From a virus (Duplodnaviria; Caudoviricetes), in IMG/VR virus record IMGVR_UViG_3300044724_001926, positions 1 to 38,635 of that record: a stretch of 38,635 nucleotides of DNA. The stretch is one strand, 5' to 3'. Positions within the stretch are counted from its first letter, which is position 1. Each line of letters opens with the position of its first letter. Below are positions 1 through 9,341 of the stretch, in pieces. The notes beneath the pieces were generated by a model. The model did not search any database, was not told the DNA's origin, and worked only from the letters and a program-made list of their open reading frames with translations. The position numbers were made by a program, and so were the translations under genes.

Positions 1-252
1 TTGATAAGAACACCGCGCAAGCCGTTGCTAGGTTAGAGGAGCTAAAGCAGGCACGCCAAAATTTAGCGAATATGCCATTTGACGAAATTCGCAGAGCGCA
101 GGCAATTGCAGACATCACAAGAGAGGAAACTTTACTAGCCGCTCAAATAGATACAAATATAATGATTAGAGAGCGGATGATAAAAACGCTTGAAGATCAA
201 ACAGATGCCGAAAAGGAAGCCGCTAGAGAGGCAGAACGCGCCGCGAAAGAGC
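1..252. repeat. Terminal direct repeat copy 1 (circular overlap with 38384-38635)
   Basis: Direct comparison: identical to 38384-38635 except positions 33 (T/C), 63 (T/C) and 125 (G/A). Confidence 0.97.
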
Positions 253-1229
253 AGGCATCCCGTCTTGCAATGCAAGAAAAACAGGCAGATAGCTATTTAA
301 AAAGGGTGTTGTCTCTTAATGACACGGAGATAGAAGCATTTAGGCGCAAAGAGCTTGAAATGATAGAGGCTCTTATACGCTTTAGGGACGCAGGCGTATT
401 AAGCAAGCAAGAATACGAGCAAGCAATTAATGCGCTAGAGGAGTACGGCATAAACACGCGCATCAATATGCAAATCAGTGCGCTTGAAAAAGAGATGCAA
501 TTAGCTCAAGAAAGAACTAGCCGAATAACCGCAGAAAATAATAGGTTAATGCAAAATCTGATTGATGCTGATGAGATGAGGATAGCGCACACCATAAGCG
601 CCACTGACAGACTGCACTCAGAAAATGACAGACTTATAGATGGGTTAATTGCGGCCGACGAAAAGCGCAAAGAGTCGGCGATGGAAACGACAAATGCGCT
701 ATTAGGGTTTGAGGATGTACTACTCAAAGGCAAGTCAGAGAAATCTAAAGCGGCGTATAGGCTGGCCGTAAACTTTGCGAATGCAGAAAAGCGCCAGAAT
801 GCCGCAGACATCATATCAAAGTCATATGTGGCCGCTATGAAGGCTTACGCATCATTGGCGGGGATTCCGATTATCGGCCCAGCCTTGGGCGCGGCGGCGG
901 CGGCAACCGTGATTAGTGCGGGTGTTTCATATGCGGCGCAATCCCTATCAGGCAGAGCCCTTGGCGGTCAGGTGCGTGCTGGAGAGTCTTACATTGTCGG
1001 AGAGCGAGGCCCAGAGGTGTTAACGATGGGTACAGGCGGCAGAATAACGCCAAACGAAGCCCTGCGAGATCAGACAAACAACACCTCAAACAGAACCACA
1101 AACGTGAGCTTTAACATACAGGCCGCAGACGCATCAGGCTTTGACCGGCTACTCAATAGCAGGCGCGGCCTCATTATCCAGATGATTAACGAGGCTGTAG
1201 AAGATCAAGGCAGAGAGGCGTTTGTATGA
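1..1229 (+). CDS. Tail tape measure protein, C-terminal part (continues from 37906 across the circular junction; full length about 568 aa)
   Basis: In frame with the ORF starting at 37906 via the terminal repeat; helical Ala/Glu-rich; GIPIIGPALG hydrophobic segment and GRALGGQV...YIVGERGPE motif typical of TMP C-termini; lies between tail chaperone and tail-tip genes. Confidence 0.9.
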   Translation, partial: DKNTAQAVARLEELKQARQNLANMPFDEIRRAQAIADITREETLLAAQIDTNIMIRERMIKTLEDQTDAEKEAAREAERAAKEQASRLAMQEKQADSYLKRVLSLNDTEIEAFRRKELEMIEALIRFRDAGVLSKQEYEQAINALEEYGINTRINMQISALEKEMQLAQERTSRITAENNRLMQNLIDADEMRIAHTISATDRLHSENDRLIDGLIAADEKRKESAMETTNALLGFEDVLLKGKSEKSKAAYRLAVNFANAEKRQNAADIISKSYVAAMKAYASLAGIPIIGPALGAAAAATVISAGVSYAAQSLSGRALGGQVRAGESYIVGERGPEVLTMGTGGRITPNEALRDQTNNTSNRTTNVSFNIQAADASGFDRLLNSRRGLIIQMINEAVEDQGREAFV

Positions 1230-1798
1230 GCTACCCGACAGACCCAGAATTTACCGCGATAAACGTAACAAGCGAACACTCTAACCTGAGATCGGAAACC
1301 AGAAGCGGCAGGACTATTGTGCGCTCGCTTGGCTCTCAGAGATGGCGATTTACGGCCAAGTATGACGATCTGACCAGAGAGCAGTTTGCGCCGGTTCTTG
1401 CATTTGTGATGTCAACAAGGGGCGGCTTAAATAGCTTTGAGATAGTGCCGCCAGTAATTAGCACTACTCAGGGCTCTATATCTGGTACGCCAGCGGTAAA
1501 TGGCGGTCATTTGTCAGGCGATAACACTATTAACGTAGACAGCTTTACAGGCACCCTAAAGGCAGGCGATTTTATAAAATTCGCTGATCACAGCAAGGTT
1601 TACATGGTTGTAGCTGATCGCTCTGGCACTGGAACCATGACAATAGAGCCGCCGCTTATTCAGGATGTGCCAACAAACACCTCTATCACGGTTTCTAGTG
1701 TTCCCTTTACGATGCGGGTCGATAATGACATTCAGCAGTATAGGTTGAGCGGATACGACAGGTATCAGTTTCAAATTGACTTGATAGAGGCAATCTAA
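1226..1798 (+). CDS. Distal tail (Dit-like) protein with inserted beta-domain
   Basis: Directly after TMP with ATGA overlap; 190 aa; SGR...QRWRFTAKY and C-terminal IDLIEAI pattern; GDFIKF...YMV...IEPPL insert. Confidence 0.65.
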   Translation: MSYPTDPEFTAINVTSEHSNLRSETRSGRTIVRSLGSQRWRFTAKYDDLTREQFAPVLAFVMSTRGGLNSFEIVPPVISTTQGSISGTPAVNGGHLSGDNTINVDSFTGTLKAGDFIKFADHSKVYMVVADRSGTGTMTIEPPLIQDVPTNTSITVSSVPFTMRVDNDIQQYRLSGYDRYQFQIDLIEAI

Positions 1799-2349
1799 TG
1801 CCGCGCACAGTTCACTCGGCAATGATCAGCGCCCTAGAGTCTGATAGCTTTGAGATGTGCCATTTGGTTTATCTTGGCATCAGCACAGGGCTGTATAGCA
1901 CAGATTACTTTAGTGAGATTAGCTACGGCGCATATACCTACGACGCATCCGAGTATTTGCTAGAGGTTGGTTCGCCAACTGAATCGCAAGATTTGCGCGT
2001 CAATAGTTTGACGTTGGTGTTTAGTAACGTAGGGCAAACCTACCTTTCTGCATTCTTAAATAACGATTGGCTTAATAGAAACGCAACCATACAGAAAGCT
2101 GTCATACAAAACGGCACTGTTGTTGGCACTCCAATAATGGCGTTTAGTGGCAAAATATCAGGGTTTCAGGTAAGTGAAACCGGCTCAACCTCCGAGCTAT
2201 CCGTTTCTATTTCGTCGCATTGGGCAGACTTTCAGAAGAAAGCAGGCAGGCGCACTAACTCTAACTCGCAACAGTTTTACTTTTCTGGCGACCTTGGCTT
2301 TGAATATGCCTCATCTTTGGTGCGAGATTTAAAGTGGGGTAAAAAGTAA
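1798..2349 (+). CDS. Minor tail/baseplate hub protein (lambda gpL/DUF2163-like)
   Basis: Synteny between Dit and J; C-terminal SQQFYFSGDLGFEY...DLKWG motif. Confidence 0.7.
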   Translation: MPRTVHSAMISALESDSFEMCHLVYLGISTGLYSTDYFSEISYGAYTYDASEYLLEVGSPTESQDLRVNSLTLVFSNVGQTYLSAFLNNDWLNRNATIQKAVIQNGTVVGTPIMAFSGKISGFQVSETGSTSELSVSISSHWADFQKKAGRRTNSNSQQFYFSGDLGFEYASSLVRDLKWGKK

Positions 2350-5300
2350 TGGGCTTTTTCTCCAAGCTATTTAAAGGCGTCACCAATCTAATTGGCGATG
2401 TGGTTGGGTTCTTGGTTGGGGCAGACTTTGACCAGCAGACCCAAGCCCAAGGCGTATTAGTCAACAAGCAGTCCAATAACGCGGCCCTGCCTGTAATTTA
2501 TGGCACTCGCAAAGTCGGCGGCACCAGAGTATTTGTTTCTACCGGCGGCAATAAAAACGAATACCTGTATATAGCTCTAGCGTTGTGCGAGGGCGAGATT
2601 GATTCAATTGGTGATGTCTACATTAACGACACAATATCTACTGACTCAAAATTCAGCGGCTTGGTCACAATTAACAAGTATACCGGCACTGATTCGCAGA
2701 CATATGACACCATGCTTGCCAATGCTACGGACACATGGGGGACCAATCATCGTTTAAGAGGGGTCGCATATTTGGCCGTGCGCCTAAAATACGACTCTAA
2801 TGTATTTGGCGGCATTCCAGATATTCAATGCGTTGTAAATGGTAAAAAGGTATACGATCCGCGTACCGCAACGACGGGCTTTTCATCTAATCCTGCTCTT
2901 TGTTTGCGTGATTACCTAATCAACGATCGTTATGGAAAGGGGCTTTCTAGCGCCTCTCTTGATAACGCATCATTCATTTCTGCGGCGAATACATGCGACA
3001 CAACCGTTACGGAGTACGGCGGCGGTGGCAGTATTAAGCTATTGGAGTGCAATGCCGTACTCAATACAGATAACAAGATATTCGACAACGTAAAAATATT
3101 GCTTCAAGGTATGCGTGGCTTGATGCCGTATCAAGATGGGTACTATTCGTTACTCATTGATAAGGCTACGTCTAGCACCTTTACATTAGACGAAACCAAT
3201 ACATACCCAGATATTACCGTCAAAGACGTAGGCAAGAGCAAACGGTATAACCGCGTCCGAGCTACGTTTGTAAATCCAGAAAGCAATTGGCAAGACGATA
3301 CGGTTATATGGCCTCCCGCTGGCAGTAGCGAAGAAAGCACCTTTTTTTCTGAGGACAATAACGAAGAGCTACAAAAAGACATAACTCTAAATACAAATAC
3401 AAATTATTACTCTGCGAGAGATATTGCGCGGATTGTTTGCAGGGCATCCAGAGAGAACCCGCTAAGTATTGAGCTAACAGCCTCGCCAGAAGCCCTACAG
3501 ATCGCTGTGGGCGACGTTGTGACCGTAGACCATCCATCATTAGGCTGGACGGGAGCGGCCACCAAGGACTTTAGAGTGCTTGCTATGCAATTGCTTGATA
3601 GCGGAGATGTAAAGCTATCAATGCAACAGTACAGCAATATCTATACATGGCAGTCAGGAGCGCAACAGCCTGATGCGCCATCAACCACATTGCCCGACCC
3701 GTTTGCTCTGCCAGCGCCAACAAGTCTATCTCTAACGCAGGGCGTTACCATCTCTGATGATGGAACCTCAGTTTCTCGCCTAATTATTAACTGGACTGCC
3801 TCTGCCAGTGAGTTTGTTACGGCGTATATCGTAGAGCTTTCCCCGACAGGATTTGATAAGTCCGAGGTCAGAATAAGCACCCCAGACGCTTCAGGGAATG
3901 ACGCAACAACCTACTTAGTGCAACCGGCTTACACCGTTCAGTACACGGTAAGAGTGCGAGCAGAGAATGATGCAGGCGTTAGGTCAACTCCTTTAAGCGG
4001 CACCATAACCATTACTGGCGACAACACCGCACCAAGCGCTCCGACATCAGTTTCTGCAACCGGCGGCTATCGCACAATAATTGTGGATTGGACAAATCCC
4101 AGCGATAAGGATTTTAGCTCTGTTGATGTTTATCGCTCTGGTACGTTAAACGGGACATATACACGGGTAGCGTCGGTAGCTGGCCTGTATAGCACTCAAT
4201 CATCATATGTAGATGCGGGGCTCGCTGATTCTCAATCTTTTTATTACAAATTGCGATCATTAGATAGAAGCGGAAACGCTAGTGGATTTACGACGGCGCA
4301 ACTGGCAAGCACTGATGCCGCGCCAGCCGTTCAGTACGGCCCAAGAAATCAACACGGCTATGTTTATTATTCAACGTCGTCTGCTTCCCAGCCAAGCACC
4401 CCATCAGCAACCAGCTTTAATTTTAGCAACGGCACATTTTCAGGACTTAGTAGCGGCTGGCAATTAGACCCTGTAGAGCAAACAGGCGAGGACGGTACAT
4501 TCTGGGCGGCTAGGTTTTCCGTATTAGAGGCAAGTTATAACGGCAGTCAAACGATAACCTTTAGCACTCCATTTGAATCATTTGTATTTGATGGCTTGGT
4601 TACGTTCATCAACCTCAATACGGAGCTTGCTGATCCTGCTAGCTCTCTAATAACGACAATTGACGGGGGCCACATCAACACCGGATTGATAACGCTGACC
4701 GGCGACAATGTTTCTGGCATGGCTGTTAGGCTTGGCAAGACCAACTATACGTCTACAACCGCAGGCTTTTGGCTGGGGAATATAGGCACATCTGCTTCTG
4801 TACAGCCTAGATTTAATATTGGAACGTCAACGCGGTTTCTTAAATTTGATGGCACTGACGTAGAAACCAAAGGCATTTTGATTAAAGACACTGCGGGTAA
4901 CACCGTATTTGACGCTGATGAAATTGATGGCGTTTATATAAAGGATTTATCTGTAGATACGCTACAAATTCAAAACGAAGCGGTAACCGTCCCAGACTCG
5001 GCCACATTTACCGCAACCAGCACAACCATACTGACGGGAACATGGCAAAACGCGCATACCTTTAGCGTTGATTTTGGCGCTGGTTGGAATGATATTGGCT
5101 CTGTAATTATTAGCGCGGCGTTGCGAATTGGCGGCACTCTTGGCACCTATACCACCCCAGAGCAAATATTTATGAGGCTTGCTAAATCAAACAGCGCATC
5201 GCCTAGAGGTCAGGTCTGGTTTGACATGGACAGGCCGGGGCGCGGTTTAAGCATGGTTTCTATTGGTGAGTTTCCAGCGCCAAGCGCACAGATTCAGACT

Positions 5301-5396
5301 TATGCGATACAGGTGCTCGCATCATATAGCAATGCGACAGGTGGTTTTTGGTCAGTCGGGAATGGGTCTATGGTCGTGCTGGGGGGCAAAAAATGA
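2349..5396 (+). CDS. Tail tip / host-specificity protein J-like with fibronectin type III domains
   Basis: LPVIYGTRKVGG, ALCEGEI, HRLRGVAYL, GKKVYDPR, NPALCLRDYL motifs; two FN3-like units (PAPTSL...YTVRVRAEN; APSAPTSV...YYKLRSLDRSGN). Confidence 0.88.
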   Translation: MGFFSKLFKGVTNLIGDVVGFLVGADFDQQTQAQGVLVNKQSNNAALPVIYGTRKVGGTRVFVSTGGNKNEYLYIALALCEGEIDSIGDVYINDTISTDSKFSGLVTINKYTGTDSQTYDTMLANATDTWGTNHRLRGVAYLAVRLKYDSNVFGGIPDIQCVVNGKKVYDPRTATTGFSSNPALCLRDYLINDRYGKGLSSASLDNASFISAANTCDTTVTEYGGGGSIKLLECNAVLNTDNKIFDNVKILLQGMRGLMPYQDGYYSLLIDKATSSTFTLDETNTYPDITVKDVGKSKRYNRVRATFVNPESNWQDDTVIWPPAGSSEESTFFSEDNNEELQKDITLNTNTNYYSARDIARIVCRASRENPLSIELTASPEALQIAVGDVVTVDHPSLGWTGAATKDFRVLAMQLLDSGDVKLSMQQYSNIYTWQSGAQQPDAPSTTLPDPFALPAPTSLSLTQGVTISDDGTSVSRLIINWTASASEFVTAYIVELSPTGFDKSEVRISTPDASGNDATTYLVQPAYTVQYTVRVRAENDAGVRSTPLSGTITITGDNTAPSAPTSVSATGGYRTIIVDWTNPSDKDFSSVDVYRSGTLNGTYTRVASVAGLYSTQSSYVDAGLADSQSFYYKLRSLDRSGNASGFTTAQLASTDAAPAVQYGPRNQHGYVYYSTSSASQPSTPSATSFNFSNGTFSGLSSGWQLDPVEQTGEDGTFWAARFSVLEASYNGSQTITFSTPFESFVFDGLVTFINLNTELADPASSLITTIDGGHINTGLITLTGDNVSGMAVRLGKTNYTSTTAGFWLGNIGTSASVQPRFNIGTSTRFLKFDGTDVETKGILIKDTAGNTVFDADEIDGVYIKDLSVDTLQIQNEAVTVPDSATFTATSTTILTGTWQNAHTFSVDFGAGWNDIGSVIISAALRIGGTLGTYTTPEQIFMRLAKSNSASPRGQVWFDMDRPGRGLSMVSIGEFPAPSAQIQTYAIQVLASYSNATGGFWSVGNGSMVVLGGKK

Positions 5397-5950
5397 GGTT
5401 TTCCGCAATTATTTACAATGAGGAGGGGAAAATACTTTCTTCAGTGCGTAACGCCACTGCGCTTTCTATGGAGGGTAAAACCTACATTGAAGCGGATGTA
5501 TCAGGCGATCTAGAAGATCATTATGTTGATAATGGTGCGTTACAGCAAAAGCCCGAAAAACCAAGCGATTTTCACGAATTTGATTACCAAACGAAGCAAT
5601 GGGCCATAAACATAGAAGATGCGAAAGCGCAAAGATGGTCAGATTTAAAGCTAGATAGAGAAGATCAAGAGTTTGGTTATTTTATCTGGAATGGCTGGGA
5701 GTTTGATGCGGATGCGGATAGTCAAGTCAGGATACAGACGGCTGTGCAGTCTGCGATTCTTGATGATGCGTTTACTACGACATGGACGCTTAGGGACAAT
5801 ACAACCCAAGCGCTGACGGCCGCGCAACTTAAAGAGTTAGGCAAAGCCCTCAGTGACCACATAAAGGCGGCGCATGATCATGGTAGAATACTGCGATCAC
5901 AAATTGAGTCTGCTACTACGGTGCAAGAATTGGAGGCTATAAGCTGGTGA
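5393..5950 (+). CDS. DUF4376-like tail-associated protein
   Basis: ATG at 5393 overlaps the J stop (ATGA); FDADADSQ..I...WTLRDNT...LT..QL motif and C-terminal ELEAISW. Confidence 0.7.
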   Translation: MRFSAIIYNEEGKILSSVRNATALSMEGKTYIEADVSGDLEDHYVDNGALQQKPEKPSDFHEFDYQTKQWAINIEDAKAQRWSDLKLDREDQEFGYFIWNGWEFDADADSQVRIQTAVQSAILDDAFTTTWTLRDNTTQALTAAQLKELGKALSDHIKAAHDHGRILRSQIESATTVQELEAISW

Positions 5951-6273
5951 CTACAATTAATTTAGTCAGCGGAGACACAAGGCCGCAAATTGAGGTTACA
6001 TTAACCCGCGAAGATACTGGGGCCGCAATAGATTTATCTGGGTTTACTGTAAGCATGAAATTCAGAAAAGTGGGCGAAACTACTGTTTTGCTGACAAAAA
6101 CATCTATAGCGCAATCTGCTGATGCGGCATTAGGGAAGGCTATATTTCAGTGGGGAACTGGCGATTTAGATTTGAATGCTGGGTATTACGAGGGCGAAAT
6201 TAGCTTTGCAAATGGCGGCATTAACGAAACCGTAATCCAATTATTGAGCTTTTACCTCCGAGATGACTTCTAA
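5947..6273 (+). CDS. BppU-like baseplate/fibre anchor protein
   Basis: GDTRP..V.L...G.AIDLSG..V......G.Y.GEI pattern of BppU N-terminal Ig-like domains. Confidence 0.6.
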   Translation: MTTINLVSGDTRPQIEVTLTREDTGAAIDLSGFTVSMKFRKVGETTVLLTKTSIAQSADAALGKAIFQWGTGDLDLNAGYYEGEISFANGGINETVIQLLSFYLRDDF

Positions 6274-7147
6274 GATAACCGTAAAGGTTGCATACGCCAA
6301 ACTAGCGCGAGCCGTAAATTATGCAAAGATAGCCAGCACAAGGCTTGTTTTCATAGTCGGCCAGCTAATTGCGGAGCTTGCTGACGGCGCATCCGTAACT
6401 GATGCAATTCGCTCGGTAGTAACAAAGTTAAAAGCGGAAGCGTTATCTGTTTCGGATGCCCATGCCAATGAAGTAGGCAGGCCGGTTTCGGATAGCGCTA
6501 GTCTTGCGGATGCTGTTACGTTTTTGCGCGGCAGACTAGTTGATGATTCGATTGGCTTAACAGACGAGCAAATAATAAGCGTACAAAAAGCGCTTTCTGA
6601 TCAAGTTGGCATAACTGACGTAGCCGCAAAGTATATAACAAAGACATTTGCAGACACCGTTACGTTTACGGATGCATCTTCGTCTCTAATAGCAAATTTT
6701 GAAGAGTTTGGTGACACGCCAAATATTACCGATCAGGTGGTAATGGCGATTACGTCGGCCCTAGCGGATACAGGCGCAATTACTGATTCCGTAGCGAAGG
6801 CTATAACAACTGCCTTTAGTGATACTTTTGCCGTCACCGACGCAATACAGAATGCAGTCACCAGAGTAGCGGCTGATTCTGCAAGCATGACCGACGCGAT
6901 CGCGCTGGTTATTAATTTACTAAGTGATAGTGTACGAGATGATGTTGGCGCGGCTGATGCTGTTGCAAATTCTGTATTTGCTTCAAAGGTGGAGAATTTA
7001 GGGGTTAAAGATGATAAAATCTTGACCGTTGCGATCAATAGAGCTGATGGCGCTGATGCGGCAGACGCTGGATCGTATAGAGGTCAAGGATATTGTGATT
7101 TCGCCTATTTTGCCGATGATTATGTTGGATACTCAGGGACTTTTTAA
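6263..7147 (+). CDS. Virion protein with about 13 x 18-aa D/E-x5-D repeats and an aromatic C-terminal tail
   Basis: Repeats read directly from the translation (ELADGASVTDAIRSVVTK, LKAEALSVSDAHANEVGR, PVSDSASLADAVTFLRGR...); ends GYCDFAYFADDYVGYSGTF. Confidence 0.75.
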   Translation: MTSKITVKVAYAKLARAVNYAKIASTRLVFIVGQLIAELADGASVTDAIRSVVTKLKAEALSVSDAHANEVGRPVSDSASLADAVTFLRGRLVDDSIGLTDEQIISVQKALSDQVGITDVAAKYITKTFADTVTFTDASSSLIANFEEFGDTPNITDQVVMAITSALADTGAITDSVAKAITTAFSDTFAVTDAIQNAVTRVAADSASMTDAIALVINLLSDSVRDDVGAADAVANSVFASKVENLGVKDDKILTVAINRADGADAADAGSYRGQGYCDFAYFADDYVGYSGTF

Positions 7148-7594
7148 ATGAAAGATACTATTAAGCTGAAAGGCAGAGTAAACGTGCAACTTCTTGGCCC
7201 AGACGGTCAACTTAAAGAAGAGCGCAATATAGATAACTTAGTGGTAACTACTGGCCTAAACTTCATTGCCTCGCGCATGAAGGACGCCACAGACACCGTT
7301 ATGAGCCATTATGCCGTAGGTTCTGGCTCTACTGCGGCGGCGGCTGGCGATACTGACTTGGGCAGTATTCTCGGTAGTCGTGTTGCATTGACCAGCACAA
7401 CCGTTACGAACAATGAGATTGCATATGTGGCCTCATTTGGTGCGGGTGTATCTACTGGCGCTATTACAGAGGGCGGCGTGTTTAACGCTTCTACAAGCGG
7501 CACCATGCTCGCTAGAGTAGTGTTTAGCACGATTAACAAAGCGGCAGACGATACCTTACAGATTACGCACACTATTACTCTAAGCGCATCGTAA
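7148..7594 (+). CDS. Small beta-rich fibre/collar structural subunit
   Basis: NLVVTTG, VGSGSTA..GDTDL, ITEGGVFNA...MLAR motifs of phage tail-fibre-associated proteins; position in the fibre block. Confidence 0.6.
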   Translation: MKDTIKLKGRVNVQLLGPDGQLKEERNIDNLVVTTGLNFIASRMKDATDTVMSHYAVGSGSTAAAAGDTDLGSILGSRVALTSTTVTNNEIAYVASFGAGVSTGAITEGGVFNASTSGTMLARVVFSTINKAADDTLQITHTITLSAS

Positions 7595-7605
7595 GGAGGT
7601 AGCTA

Positions 7606-8532
7606 ATGGCTACCATTACGACGCGGAGCGGGAAGGGAAGCCCGCTTACTAATAGTGAGGTCGATGCTAACTTTACAAACCTCAACTCTGACAAGCTAGA
7701 GGATGCGGCTGGCTCTATTGCAAATGATGGCAGTCAATACGCCCGTCAGAATGGCGCGTGGACTTCTATAGCCGCTGGTATTGCAAGGGCGACAACATCC
7801 ACCACAGCACCGTCAAGCCCTGTTGATGGAGATGTCTGGTATTCAGAGAGCAATGGCGTGACGTATGTTTATTACGATGACGGAACGTCTTCGCAGTGGG
7901 TGGCTACTGGTGCGCCAACTGGGTCATTAGGCGGCGCGTATAACTTGACGGGCTTAGACGATGTATCAATTACGTCGCCTCAAGATCAAGATATTTTAGT
8001 ATACGACGGCACCTTTAGTAGCCCGACGTATCAGCAATGGACTAATCGCGCCACTGTTATAGAGCAGTGGGATAGCGGCACCGTATCCTTTTCAAGCTCG
8101 CATGACGCTATAGTAACTTCCGGTTGGGCTCGCTCAAGCAATCATATAAATGGCAATATGAGTGAATCGTCTGGGGTTTTTACCTTTACTCAATCTGGAA
8201 CTTGGTTAGTCAGGGCCGACTTTAATTTCTACGGAACCAATAGCACCAGCAGAACCGCAAGTCCCCTAACGCTAGGGGCAAGCTTAGAACAGTCAACAGA
8301 TGGCGGTACTAGCTACTCTAATGTTACTGGCAATAGTTTTGCAGATCGTAGGAGTTACGCGGGCACGGCGGCAAACGAGGTATGGGGAGGCTCTGGAACG
8401 ATTAGCGTCATTATCCTTGTATCAAATCTAAGTGCAAACAAAATCAGGGTACGGGCGAAGGCCGGTAGCTCCGCTACCAGCAATGACAAGCTAGATGTGC
8501 AGTTAACATTTCAATTGGTAAGGGGCGATTGA
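7606..8532 (+). CDS. Tail fibre/adaptor protein A
   Basis: SD AAGGAGG; N-terminal TRSGKGSPLTNSEVDANFTNLN motif; APSSPVDGDVWY...DGTSSQWV module; LDDV..QDILVYD repeat; beta-sandwich-like C-terminus. Confidence 0.7.
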   Translation: MATITTRSGKGSPLTNSEVDANFTNLNSDKLEDAAGSIANDGSQYARQNGAWTSIAAGIARATTSTTAPSSPVDGDVWYSESNGVTYVYYDDGTSSQWVATGAPTGSLGGAYNLTGLDDVSITSPQDQDILVYDGTFSSPTYQQWTNRATVIEQWDSGTVSFSSSHDAIVTSGWARSSNHINGNMSESSGVFTFTQSGTWLVRADFNFYGTNSTSRTASPLTLGASLEQSTDGGTSYSNVTGNSFADRRSYAGTAANEVWGGSGTISVIILVSNLSANKIRVRAKAGSSATSNDKLDVQLTFQLVRGD

Positions 8533-9341
8533 TGGCTACCGTTGTCACAGTATCAGGCAAAGGGTCGCCGCTCACCGTCACTGAGATGGATGCCAACTTC
8601 ATTAACTTGAATACAGACAAGTTAGATGACGCGGCGTCAGATGGATCGCAATACATAAGAAAAAATGGTAGCTGGGCAAACGTCACGGGCGTAGTAACCT
8701 CATTTGTAGAAACCGCATCTGCCAAGCCATCCAATCCTACGAGCGGCGATGTTTGGTTCTCAGAGAGCAATGGTGTGACGTATGTATACAGTGGAGCAGA
8801 TGGCGTTTGGGTGGCAGTCGGTTCGTCATCATTAAACTCTGGTGTAAATACGTTCAGGGCAATGCGAGACACCAATCACGTTGTAAATAACAGACATATG
8901 GGCCTCGCGTACAGAAGTACGCCTGCTACGTGGGGTTTTTGGGCGAGCGATCTTAACAATTCTTATTTCAACCGAGATAGTTCGTTTTTAGATGGTTCTG
9001 TCAAAGTTTTGACTGAAGGATGGTGGTTGGTTCAGGTTCATATGTCTATTGGTCCGGGTACCTATACTACTAGCGTTTTTCAGCCGGTATATGCAGACAT
9101 AAAGCTAGAAACACAAGACAGATATAGCGAATCAGTTTATACAACTCAAAACCCTCTTAATACTAGCGACGGAGTAACTTTAGGCGGGGACGATGTAGAT
9201 CATACGGTTCCGCAAGAGCTTACTTATTTCAAGCTTATACCTGTGACTACCACCTATTTGATAAGAGCCACTTCAACAGAAACAAACAGGTCAGGCGATA
9301 TGTCGGCAGAGCTAACATGCCAAAGGCTTGGAGGTCTTTAA
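8532..9341 (+). CDS. Tail fibre/adaptor protein B (paralog of 7606-8532)
   Basis: N-terminal about 95 aa clearly homologous to the previous gene (GKGSPLT..E.DANF.NLN.DKL.DAA; GDVW.SESNGVTYVY); divergent C-terminus. Confidence 0.7.
   Translation: MATVVTVSGKGSPLTVTEMDANFINLNTDKLDDAASDGSQYIRKNGSWANVTGVVTSFVETASAKPSNPTSGDVWFSESNGVTYVYSGADGVWVAVGSSSLNSGVNTFRAMRDTNHVVNNRHMGLAYRSTPATWGFWASDLNNSYFNRDSSFLDGSVKVLTEGWWLVQVHMSIGPGTYTTSVFQPVYADIKLETQDRYSESVYTTQNPLNTSDGVTLGGDDVDHTVPQELTYFKLIPVTTTYLIRATSTETNRSGDMSAELTCQRLGGL

Noticed and set aside
1-252. Biological fixed direct terminal repeat (T7-like)
   Set aside because: It falls mid-gene in the tape measure, far from the packaging genes; better explained as assembly overlap or circular permutation
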